A DNA stretch of 58,451 nucleotides from Acidobacteriota bacterium (GTDB lineage: Bacteria > Acidobacteriota > Thermoanaerobaculia > Multivoradales > JAHEKO01), in the NCBI GenBank assembly GCA_022561975.1, contig JADFQD010000004.1:1-58451 (forward strand), given 5' to 3'. Below are positions 26,267 through 34,031 of this stretch, one piece after another. The notes beneath the pieces are model-generated. The model saw only the letters and a program-made list of their open reading frames with translations, did not search any database and was not told the origin of the DNA. Position numbers and translations under genes: made by a program. Every line of letters starts with the position of its first letter. Positions within the stretch are counted from its first letter, which is position 1.

Positions 26267-27339
26267 AGGTCGGTCTGATCTTCGGCGGTCGGAGCGTCGA
26301 ACATCAGGTTTCGATTCGATCGGCGCGGACGGTCGCGGCTGCTTTGGAAGAGGCCGGGCATGAGGTCCTTCCGATCGGCATCGCCCAGGACGGTTGCTGG
26401 CTGCCTCCAAGTGCAGCCGCACGCGCGTTGCGCGGTGAAGCCGACTCTCTCGAGGCGCAGGGTGAGGCGATCGCGCCCACATTGCGCGTGCTTCTCGACG
26501 CTGCCGCCGACATCGAGGTCGTTTTTCCGCTTGTGCACGGCACCTGGGGTGAAGACGGATCGCTACAGGGGCTGTGCGAGATGGCGGATCTTGCCTACGT
26601 CGGTGCCGGTGTCACGGCGAGCGCCGTGGCCATGGACAAGCTCTTGACCAAGCGGCTGCTCGAAGCCGCGGGTATTCCGGTGGTCGCGTACGAGGTGGTC
26701 ACGCGACTGGATCTCATCCATGACCGCAGCGAAACCCTGGAGCGGGTGTGTCGTTTCGGCTTTCCGCAATTCATCAAACCCGCGGTTGGCGGCTCGAGCG
26801 TCGGGGTGAGCAAGGTCGAGGATGATTCGTGTGTCGAGACCTCGCTCGCGTTGGCGCTTGGGCTCGATGACGCGGCCATCGTGGAGCGTGCCATGACCGG
26901 CCGTGAACTCGAGTGCTCGGTGATCGGGTATCCGAACCTGGAGGCTTCCGCGGTCGGAGAGATTCGCCCCGGCCGGGAGTTCTACGACTACGCCGACAAG
27001 TACCTCGAGGACGACGCCGAGTTGTTGGTTCCTGCGCAGTTGGATCCGGAGGGGGAGGCGCTGATCCGGAGCCTGGCCGTGCGCTCCTTCGACGCCATTG
27101 GCGGCACCGGCATGGCGCGCGTCGATTTCTTCCTCGACGGCGACACGGCTTGGGTCAACGAGATCAACACCCTGCCGGGTTTCACCTCGATTTCGATGTA
27201 TCCCAAACTGTGGGAGGAAGCGGGAGTATCGCTTGTCGACCTGGTCGGGCGCTTGGTCGATGAAGGGGTCGCGCGTCATCACGATCGTGTGGCAATCGGT
27301 AGGGAGATCAAGGCCTTCCTGGCGGACCTCGAGCGTTAG
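26263..27339 (+). CDS. ddl: D-alanine--D-alanine ligase
   Basis: FGGRSVEH.VS, HGTWGEDG..QG, MDK, GSSVGVSKV, YDYADKY and NEINTLPGFT..SMYP motifs. Confidence 0.95.
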   Translation: MKVGLIFGGRSVEHQVSIRSARTVAAALEEAGHEVLPIGIAQDGCWLPPSAAARALRGEADSLEAQGEAIAPTLRVLLDAAADIEVVFPLVHGTWGEDGSLQGLCEMADLAYVGAGVTASAVAMDKLLTKRLLEAAGIPVVAYEVVTRLDLIHDRSETLERVCRFGFPQFIKPAVGGSSVGVSKVEDDSCVETSLALALGLDDAAIVERAMTGRELECSVIGYPNLEASAVGEIRPGREFYDYADKYLEDDAELLVPAQLDPEGEALIRSLAVRSFDAIGGTGMARVDFFLDGDTAWVNEINTLPGFTSISMYPKLWEEAGVSLVDLVGRLVDEGVARHHDRVAIGREIKAFLADLER

Positions 27340-27661
27340 TGGGTCACGGTTGGCGCAGGCTGGCGACGAGCCGTTGGGCACAGCTTTTGGAAAAAAATCG
27401 GCGGTTTCGTGAAGAAAGCAGCCGAAATTTGTCCAAAAAGGCGCCGGCCTTCGCTCCGTCTCTCCCGCTTGGCTGCGGTTCGCGAAATCCTACGGTGATT
27501 TTCCTTATGGATCTTGTTAAGAACGGCTGCTGCGAGGCGTCTCACCTGCCATGGATCTTCTCTTCAAGTAACTGAAAACAATATGTTTGTGTCGTTCGGT
27601 TATCGAACTCTCGGGGCGTCGATCGATTCAGGCCCAGTGACTGGTCATAGCTCGAAAGCAA

Positions 27662-27677
27662 TGGCATCACTGTTGCG
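27662..27677 (+). promoter_or_regulatory. Sigma54-type promoter upstream of the S8 protease
   Basis: TGGCATCACTGTTGCG gives GG-N10-GC, about 57 nt before the ATG, at the end of a ~395-bp intergenic region. Confidence 0.65.
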
Positions 27678-27733
27678 GTTATGGGCTGCGTCCGTCGGAC
27701 TGATCCGCCGATTCTTATTACCGAAAGCACGGC

Positions 27734-29470
27734 ATGAGCAAACCAGCCTACTCGAAAAAGAAGACAGCCTTCGGGGCCGTCTTCGCTGTTCTTGGCCTGG
27801 CCCTGATTCTCCTGCTGCCGGCACCTACGCTGGCTCGCGAACGTTCTCAAAACGAGCCGGTCGAGAATGTGGAGAGCGTCATCGTCAAGGCCGCGAGCGT
27901 CGGGCACGCGGAGGTGCTCGTGCGCGAAGTAGGAGGTAGGGTCACCCATAAGCTCGGGATCATCAAAGCGGTCGCGGCCAACGTCACGGCGAAACAGCGC
28001 GCCGAGCTCGAAGCGATGAAGGGTGGGATCCGAATCCACGCCAACCACACCGCAACCCTGGACGGGAAGCCCACCAAGGGTGGTAACGGCCAGGTAGTCG
28101 AGACCTACTACCCGACTCATCTCGGCGCCGATCAGCTGCACATCGCTGGAATCTACGGCACCGGGGTAACCATAGCGGTTCTGGATTCAGGCGCGTTCGG
28201 CTCCGGCTCTGGCGGACTAAAACTGAACATCTCCGGATCCAACCGGGTGCTCGCCCACTACGATCCGGTCACCGACTACCTGCTCGAAGGCAAGTCTATG
28301 CCTGAAGACGAGTTCGGCCACGGCTCGCACGTGACCAGTGTCGCGGTTTCCAGCCGGCAGACCGAGACCGGCACCTTCAACGGCATGGCTCCCGACGCCG
28401 ATCTCGTGGTCGTTCAAGCCTTCGGCGCGACCGGGAGCTCGACCTACGCCGACGTTATCCGCGGTATCGACTGGGTGGTGACCAACAAGGACACCTACGG
28501 CATCCGAGTCCTCAACTGCTCCTTCTCCGCCGAGCCCCAGTCCTACTACTGGGACGATCCATTGAACCAGGCGGTGATGGAGGCCTGGCGCTCGGGTATC
28601 GTAGTGGTGGCCTCGGCCGGCAACCGCGGCCCGAGCGCGATGACCATCGGTGTGCCGGGGAACGTTCCCTACATTGTCACCGTCGGCGCCATGACCGACA
28701 ACTACACCCCGGCGGATGCCGCCGACGATTTCCTGGCGACGTTCTCCTCGGCCGGTCCGACGGTCGAGGGATTCGTCAAGCCGGAGATGGTGGCCCCCGG
28801 CGGCCACGTCAAGGCGGTCATGAAAGACACCGCCCGGATCGCCCTAGATCACCCCGAGTTCCACGACGGCGGCTACTACATGAATCTCTCCGGCACCTCG
28901 CAGGCCACGGCGTTCGTCACCGGTATCGTGGCCCTGATGCTCCAGCAGTCGCCCCAGCTGACGCCCGATGAGGTCAAGTACCGGTTGATGGATACGGCCC
29001 GCGTAGCGGTGGATCCCTCGACCGGCGGCCTTGCCTATGGTGTCTTTCAGCAGGGAGCTGGGCTGGTGAATGCCTACGATGCGGCGCACTCCCTGGCCAC
29101 GGGAACCGCCAACAGGGGTCTCGACATCGACGCCGACCTCGCAGGCACCCTGCGCTTCAAAGGCCCGGCCAATGCCTACCAAGAAGAGGACGGTAGATAC
29201 GTCTACTACGTAACCGACGGCAACGGCAATCTCCTGGGTGATGGCTTCCTGTGGAGTGACGGCTTCCTGTGGAGCGATGGTTTCCTGTGGAGCGACGGCT
29301 TTCTGTGGAGTGACGGTTTCCTGTGGAGCGACGGCTTTCTTTGGAGCGACGGGTTCCTCTGGAGCGATGGTTTCCTGTGGAGTGACGGTTTCCTGTGGAG
29401 CGATGGCTTCCTCTGGAGCGACCTCACCACCGAGGCCCTCTTCACCGAGAGCTGGATTCCCCAGGAGTGA
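27734..29470 (+). CDS. Secreted S8 (subtilisin-like) serine peptidase with a C-terminal (DGFLWS)10 tail
   Basis: Signal peptide, propeptide-like region, catalytic triad IAVLDSG / GHGSHV / SGTSQA and oxyanion SAGN. Confidence 0.93.
   Translation: MSKPAYSKKKTAFGAVFAVLGLALILLLPAPTLARERSQNEPVENVESVIVKAASVGHAEVLVREVGGRVTHKLGIIKAVAANVTAKQRAELEAMKGGIRIHANHTATLDGKPTKGGNGQVVETYYPTHLGADQLHIAGIYGTGVTIAVLDSGAFGSGSGGLKLNISGSNRVLAHYDPVTDYLLEGKSMPEDEFGHGSHVTSVAVSSRQTETGTFNGMAPDADLVVVQAFGATGSSTYADVIRGIDWVVTNKDTYGIRVLNCSFSAEPQSYYWDDPLNQAVMEAWRSGIVVVASAGNRGPSAMTIGVPGNVPYIVTVGAMTDNYTPADAADDFLATFSSAGPTVEGFVKPEMVAPGGHVKAVMKDTARIALDHPEFHDGGYYMNLSGTSQATAFVTGIVALMLQQSPQLTPDEVKYRLMDTARVAVDPSTGGLAYGVFQQGAGLVNAYDAAHSLATGTANRGLDIDADLAGTLRFKGPANAYQEEDGRYVYYVTDGNGNLLGDGFLWSDGFLWSDGFLWSDGFLWSDGFLWSDGFLWSDGFLWSDGFLWSDGFLWSDGFLWSDLTTEALFTESWIPQE
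29240..29419 (+). repeat. Ten in-frame 18-bp repeats encoding DGFLWS
   Basis: All ten units translate identically and differ only at third codon positions. Confidence 0.97.
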
Positions 29471-29475
29471 AGAGA

Positions 29476-29688
29476 ATGCGAGTGAACCCAGCCCCCAGAA
29501 CTCGAGAAACGCTGACAGCGGGAACGAATGCGCAGCTACCCACTACGGAAGTATCCGATTCGATGAAATCAGAGCAACGACGACGATTCTTGCCGGCGGT
29601 GTTCACGTTGGGTTTCTTGTGGACTGACATCGGCCCAATCAGCTACTTCCTCAAATGGATCGACTCGATTCCCTGGATCGTGACCTAG
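29476..29688 (+). CDS. Putative 70-aa small protein with a GFLWTD motif and hydrophobic, Trp-rich C-terminus
   Basis: ATG 5 nt after the protease stop, with AGGAG 8 nt upstream. MRVNPAP...RRRFLPAVFTLGFLWTDIGPISYFLKWIDSIPWIVT; alternative start at 29563. Confidence 0.55.
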   Translation: MRVNPAPRTRETLTAGTNAQLPTTEVSDSMKSEQRRRFLPAVFTLGFLWTDIGPISYFLKWIDSIPWIVT

Positions 29689-29706
29689 CCTAGCAGCCCG
29701 TTGAGT

Positions 29707-31062
29707 TCATGATCTTCGGATCGAGCTGGCGCACCACGGGCAGCATTGCCAGAATCCGGGCAGCACCCCCCATCGACACTTTCGACAGGCGCTTTTCTCT
29801 CCTGGGATTTCCCAGCTCCGGCGCACCTTGCGCCGGCACCACGGGCAGTAGCGCATGAAGGGCATCAGGTCTTTTCGGGAACAGGACCGGTTGTCGCAAC
29901 GCGCGGTGTATCGTCGATCCGGATAGCTACGGTTGCCATGAATCTCGAAGCCCGGCCCGTAACACCAGGGGCAGTAGCGCCAGTCGAGCTTCATCCCCCG
30001 GTGACAGCGCGGGCACATGGCTGGGAAGGTGGTCCTGCCTCGGTGTTTTGCCCGGCCGGCGCGACACCAAGGACACGTTGTCATGGCCTCAGACACCGGC
30101 CCGTGGCACCGCGGGCAAGCATGGCGGGTTTCCAGTGCGCGGCCGTAATGTCTGATGAATTCACGCCGCTGGACCTCCGGCCAGACCGGGTCGGCGTTGG
30201 TGGCTCGGAGCTGCGAACCGTTTGCGGCGGCGCGATCGAGCGATCGTCGCCGGGCGCGGCGAAAGGCGGCCAGCATCTTTCCGGCGTCGGCAAAACGCCG
30301 TCGAGGCTCGAGGGAAATGGCCTTGGCCAATACTTCGGTCATGGGATCGCCGACCTTGCGGCGAAGTCTCCGATAGCCGGCCGGCGGCCAGGCAAAAGGC
30401 CACTCGGGGAGCTGGCCCGAGAGCATGCGGTAGATCAAGAGTCCGAGGGCGAAGACGTCCGATCTCGGTGAAGGTTTCCCCATCGCCTGTTCGGGGGCGA
30501 AATAGCCGAGGGTTCCGGACCCGGATGCTTGGACTGTCCGCATGGCTACTTTGGCGATGCCGAAGTCGGTAAGCCGCAAGAGGTCACCGCCAAAGAGAAT
30601 GAAGTTCTCGGGTTTGATGTCACAGTGGATGACCCCTTCCTGGTGCGCAAAAGCGACCGCCGACAGCGCCTGCTCGGCGAAATTGAGTGCCTTGGCGGTA
30701 GCAATTCGCCGCGTCAGGCGCTCACCCAGGGTCTCTTCTCCGAGGGCGGTTACCGCCACGAAGCGACCTTCGATGAAGTCCGCGTTCTTGAGCGACAGGA
30801 TGTGGGGATGGGCCAGGCGTGCGGCCAGGCGGGCCTCGCGATAGAAGTCATCGAGCACTTCAGGGGTGACCAGCGACGGGTGGGGTATTTTGAGCGCTAC
30901 CTTGACGCCCTCGATGGTGTCCTGGGCCGCGAAGACGGAGGCGAATCCGCCTTCCCCGAGGTGGCGCAGAATCTTGTACTTGCCCAACCTTTGGCCGCGA
31001 CGGAGACGCCGGCCGGCAGCTTGGAGATCAGAGATTTTGGGTCGATCGCGTGGATCGCGCAT
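29707..31062 (-). CDS. Hanks-type Ser/Thr protein kinase with multiple C-terminal zinc ribbons
   Basis: GEGGFASV, VALK, HCDIKPEN, DFG, APE and SDVFALG motifs. The C-terminus has eight Cys pairs, four of them CPWC. Confidence 0.9.
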   Translation of the reverse strand: MRDPRDRPKISDLQAAGRRLRRGQRLGKYKILRHLGEGGFASVFAAQDTIEGVKVALKIPHPSLVTPEVLDDFYREARLAARLAHPHILSLKNADFIEGRFVAVTALGEETLGERLTRRIATAKALNFAEQALSAVAFAHQEGVIHCDIKPENFILFGGDLLRLTDFGIAKVAMRTVQASGSGTLGYFAPEQAMGKPSPRSDVFALGLLIYRMLSGQLPEWPFAWPPAGYRRLRRKVGDPMTEVLAKAISLEPRRRFADAGKMLAAFRRARRRSLDRAAANGSQLRATNADPVWPEVQRREFIRHYGRALETRHACPRCHGPVSEAMTTCPWCRAGRAKHRGRTTFPAMCPRCHRGMKLDWRYCPWCYGPGFEIHGNRSYPDRRYTARCDNRSCSRKDLMPFMRYCPWCRRKVRRSWEIPGEKSACRKCRWGVLPGFWQCCPWCASSIRRS

Positions 31063-31729
31063 GGGGTTTTCGGAGGACCGCGTCGATTCCGTGCCGATCG
31101 AGTTTGCCGGCGGCTTGCTTGGCGGCTTGCTCGGAGAGGTTCCTCAAGATGACCCGATGGAGGCCGCCCGAGGACTCGATTCGGGCATTTGGGTAGTAAA
31201 CGCGCACGGTGGCCAGTCTTGCTTCGGCGCGCTCTCGATTCCGGAACGCGCCGGCCTGCACGGTGTAGCGGGCGGTTGTGGTGTGACGTGCGCCGACTTG
31301 CGACCGGCTGGAGGCGCGAACCGATGGGCCGGCAACCCGGATCCGGACCCGGGCCGTGCCCGAACCGAGCATGCCGAGGTCGCGCGCCGCGGCCCTCGAA
31401 AGATCGATGATCCGGCCGCGTACGAAGGGGCCGCGGTCGTTGATGCGAACTCGTGTTTTGCGACCATTGTCGCGGTTATGGACTTCGACAATGGAACCGA
31501 AGGGCAGCTGTCTGTGAGCCGCGGTCATGGCTTCCATGTCGTAGGTTTCGCCGTTGGCGGTGGTCTTGCCGTGGAAGCCGGGGCCGTACCAGGAGGCGAT
31601 GCCGGACTGTTCGAAGCCGCGGCGCCCCTCGCTGGCGCGCCTGGAGCTGACGCAGGCCGAAGTGAGCAGGCCGACGATTAGGCCAACGATCAGAGGAGCG
31701 CCGACAGGCACAGCGGGGCTCGAGCGCAT
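31028..31729 (-). CDS. rlpA: Septal ring lytic transglycosylase RlpA family lipoprotein with SPOR domain
   Basis: Lipobox TSAC; GIASWYG..FHG..TANGE, TAAH, INDRGPF and IIDLS motifs; SPOR-like VQAGAF. Confidence 0.93.
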   Translation of the reverse strand: MRSSPAVPVGAPLIVGLIVGLLTSACVSSRRASEGRRGFEQSGIASWYGPGFHGKTTANGETYDMEAMTAAHRQLPFGSIVEVHNRDNGRKTRVRINDRGPFVRGRIIDLSRAAARDLGMLGSGTARVRIRVAGPSVRASSRSQVGARHTTTARYTVQAGAFRNRERAEARLATVRVYYPNARIESSGGLHRVILRNLSEQAAKQAAGKLDRHGIDAVLRKPHARSTRSTQNL

Positions 31730-33192
31730 CAGACGCGGAGGACTTCGGGCTCGAAAGCCGGACGACCCTGGGGTAGCTTGGTCCGAAGAGCCGCGAGGAA
31801 TTCCTCGACCTGCTCGACCGAGCGTCCGACGAAGTGCTCAGGCGCGAGGAAAGTTTCGACTTCGGAGCGCTCGAGCGGGAAATCGGGATCCTCCAGGAGG
31901 CTCTCGACGAGGGGGTTCTCTTCGCCGCGCTCGAGGGCGGCGTAGGCGTTCATCGAGTACTCGCGAATCCGCTCGTGAAGGAGCTGGCGATCCCCTCCCG
32001 CTCGAGCCGCCTGCATGAGCAGATTCTCGGTGGCCATGAAAGGCAGCTCGCGCCGGACCAGGGTTGCGGCGGCTTGGTGTCTTACCTGTAGCCCACCGCC
32101 GATGTTAGCGGCCAGCACCAGGATGGCGTCGGCGGTGAGGAAGGCGTCGGGGAGCACCAGACGGCGATTGGCCGAGTCGTCGAGGCTGCGCTCGAGCCAT
32201 TGCGTGGCGGCATTGAGCGGTCCGTTCCAGGAATCGGTGAGCAGCCTTCTTGCCAGCGCGCACATTCTCTCCGAGCGAATTGGATTGCGCTTGTAGGCCA
32301 TCGCCGAAGAGCCGACTTGCTCGGACTCGAAGGGCTCGGAGAGCACACCCAAGCCCTGCAGCAACCGAACATCGGTACCAAATTTGTGAAGCGTCTCGGC
32401 GATGCCGGCAAGCCCGGCCAACACTCTGGAATCCTGCTTGCGGGGATAGGTCTGACCGGTAAGGGGCCAGCTCGACTCGAAACCCAGCTTCTCGGCGACC
32501 GAGCGATCGAGCCGGCGCACTTTGTCGTGATCGCCGTCAAAGAGCGACAGGTAGCTGGCCTGCGTCCCGGTGGTGCCCTTGACGCCGCGGCATTTGAGAG
32601 TCGCCAGTAGGTTGCCGATTGATTCGCGATCGGAGTCCAGGTCCTGCAGCCACAGGCACGCCCGCTTGCCGAAGGTGGTCAGCTGAGCAGGTTGAAGGTG
32701 GGTGTAGGCGAGAGTCGGAGTGGCGCGCGTCGACTCGGCGAATTCGGCCAGATTCTCGATCGCCGCGATCAGCCGTTGTTCGACGATTCCCAGCGCTTCG
32801 CGGATGAGCAGAACGTCTGTGTTGTCGGTCAGAAACGCACTGGTCGCTCCAAGATGCAGCACGCCGCCGGCGCCGGGAGCCCGGCAATCGGCAAGCTCGG
32901 CGAAGTGGCGCAGGTGGGCGACGACGTCGTGGCGGGTCTGTTGCTCGATTTCGGCGACTCGCTCGAAGTTGATCTCGTCGCGAACCGCGCGCAGTGCGGC
33001 GACCTGATCTTCGGAGATGGGCAATCCCAAGTCGCGCTGTGATTCGGCCAGTGCGATCCAGAGCGTTCGCCAGAGCCCGTAGCGATGCTCCCGGGTGAAC
33101 ACCTCGGCCATTCGACGCGAGGCGTAGCGCTCGTGGAGGGCGTTTTGAGGGGATCCGGGAGTGTCTGAAGGCGGGGAAGGCGCGGAAGGCAT
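31729..33192 (-). CDS. purB: Adenylosuccinate lyase
   Basis: RYAS..M, RHDVVAH, HLGATS, GVKGTTGTQAS, GQTYPRK, GSSAMAYKRNP and ERSLDDSA motifs. Start placed at ATG 33192. Confidence 0.95.
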   Translation of the reverse strand: MPSAPSPPSDTPGSPQNALHERYASRRMAEVFTREHRYGLWRTLWIALAESQRDLGLPISEDQVAALRAVRDEINFERVAEIEQQTRHDVVAHLRHFAELADCRAPGAGGVLHLGATSAFLTDNTDVLLIREALGIVEQRLIAAIENLAEFAESTRATPTLAYTHLQPAQLTTFGKRACLWLQDLDSDRESIGNLLATLKCRGVKGTTGTQASYLSLFDGDHDKVRRLDRSVAEKLGFESSWPLTGQTYPRKQDSRVLAGLAGIAETLHKFGTDVRLLQGLGVLSEPFESEQVGSSAMAYKRNPIRSERMCALARRLLTDSWNGPLNAATQWLERSLDDSANRRLVLPDAFLTADAILVLAANIGGGLQVRHQAAATLVRRELPFMATENLLMQAARAGGDRQLLHERIREYSMNAYAALERGEENPLVESLLEDPDFPLERSEVETFLAPEHFVGRSVEQVEEFLAALRTKLPQGRPAFEPEVLRV

Positions 33193-33265
33193 GGTTGGAC
33201 CGAGTTTAGCAACTTGGCTGTGTCTGCAGCAGTGGCAGCGGCAGCTCGCCCGATATGATCTGGCG

Positions 33266-33763
33266 ATGGGTCGGTGGGCGACTTTGGCCGTGTCTCTCGT
33301 GCTGGGGTCGGTCTGGGCCTGCGGCTCGGTCCCGACCACTCCAACCCGAGGTCGAGGTTCTTCGGGCGAGACGGCGCGGGACTCCGCGCGCGTGGTCGCC
33401 ATCGCCCGTTCGCTGCTGTCGACCCCGTACCTTTACGCGGGCTCAGACCCCGCGGGTTTCGACTGCTCGGGTCTGACCTCATACCTATTCTCGCAAGTGG
33501 GTCTCCGGTTGCCAAGAACGGCGCAGGACCAGGCCTCGGCGGGGGGCTGGATCGCGCCGGATGAGCTGTCGGGCGGCGACCTGATCTTCTTCGGCGACCA
33601 CCGCGCCAAGCCCTATCACGTCGGACTCGTGGTCTCGAGCCCGGGCGAGCCGCTCACCATGATCCATTCCTCGACCTCGCGCGGCGTTATCGAGATCGCG
33701 GTTCTGACCAATTCGTATTGGCTGTCACGGCTCCGCTTCGGGCGGAGGGTTCTGGCGGACTGA
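33266..33763 (+). CDS. NlpC/P60 (C40) family lipoprotein peptidase
   Basis: Lipobox VWAC; PY.YAG, GFDCSGL, LPRTA..Q, GDLIFF, HVG and MIHS motifs. Confidence 0.92.
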   Translation: MGRWATLAVSLVLGSVWACGSVPTTPTRGRGSSGETARDSARVVAIARSLLSTPYLYAGSDPAGFDCSGLTSYLFSQVGLRLPRTAQDQASAGGWIAPDELSGGDLIFFGDHRAKPYHVGLVVSSPGEPLTMIHSSTSRGVIEIAVLTNSYWLSRLRFGRRVLAD

Positions 33764-33803
33764 GTCGCATCCCGATTCTCAGCGCCGGGTTTGCTCTCGC
33801 AAG

Positions 33804-33974
33804 ACCAGTTGGGAGGGGACACGAAGGAAGGTGCGTCCCGTACGACAGGGGGGGTAGCAACTCGTGCAAAACCAGTTGGGAGGGGACACCAAGGAAGGTG
33901 CGTCCCGTACGGCAGGGGCGGCAGCAACTCGTGAAGAACCAGTTGGGAGGGGACACCAAGGAATGGTGTCCCCG
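33804..33974. repeat. 67-bp tandem repeat (about 2.5 copies) ending in a GGGGACACCA/TGGTGTCCCC hairpin
   Basis: Units start at 33804, 33871 and 33938 with accagttgggaggggacac(c/g)aaggaa. Confidence 0.9.
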
Positions 33975-34031
33975 ATAGAATGCCGGGGCTCGCCTCGTCT
34001 CGAGCAAAACGACGCGCGGCAATCACACCTC

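Noticed and set aside
24671-26482. Long antisense ORFs (603 aa here; also 17287-18780, 40418-41767, 49160-50446, 51633-52856 and many others)
   Set aside because: They are shadows of well-supported genes on the opposite strand, expected from high-GC codon bias, and have no recognisable motifs.
26263-27339. VanA/VanB-type D-Ala-D-Lac ligase
   Set aside because: The omega loop reads YDYADKY as in D-Ala-D-Ala ligases. The upstream dehydrogenase is a full SerA with ACT domain, not VanH, and there is no vanX.
27340-27733. Riboswitch (c-di-GMP or other) in the long region upstream of the protease
   Set aside because: I could not match a known aptamer consensus by eye, and a sigma54 promoter with enhancer space explains the length. 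An Rfam scan would settle it.
29240-29419. 18-bp repeats as a CRISPR or non-coding VNTR
   Set aside because: They are contiguous with no spacers, in frame within the protease, and vary only synonymously.
33193-33402. Extended N-termini of the purB and NlpC/P60 ORFs overlapping each other
   Set aside because: Downstream starts (33192 and 33266) with adjacent -10 hexamers give a non-overlapping divergent arrangement.
33804-33974. Possible CRISPR array (67-bp period)
   Set aside because: The would-be spacers are nearly identical to each other, there are only about 2.5 units, and no cas genes are in the window.
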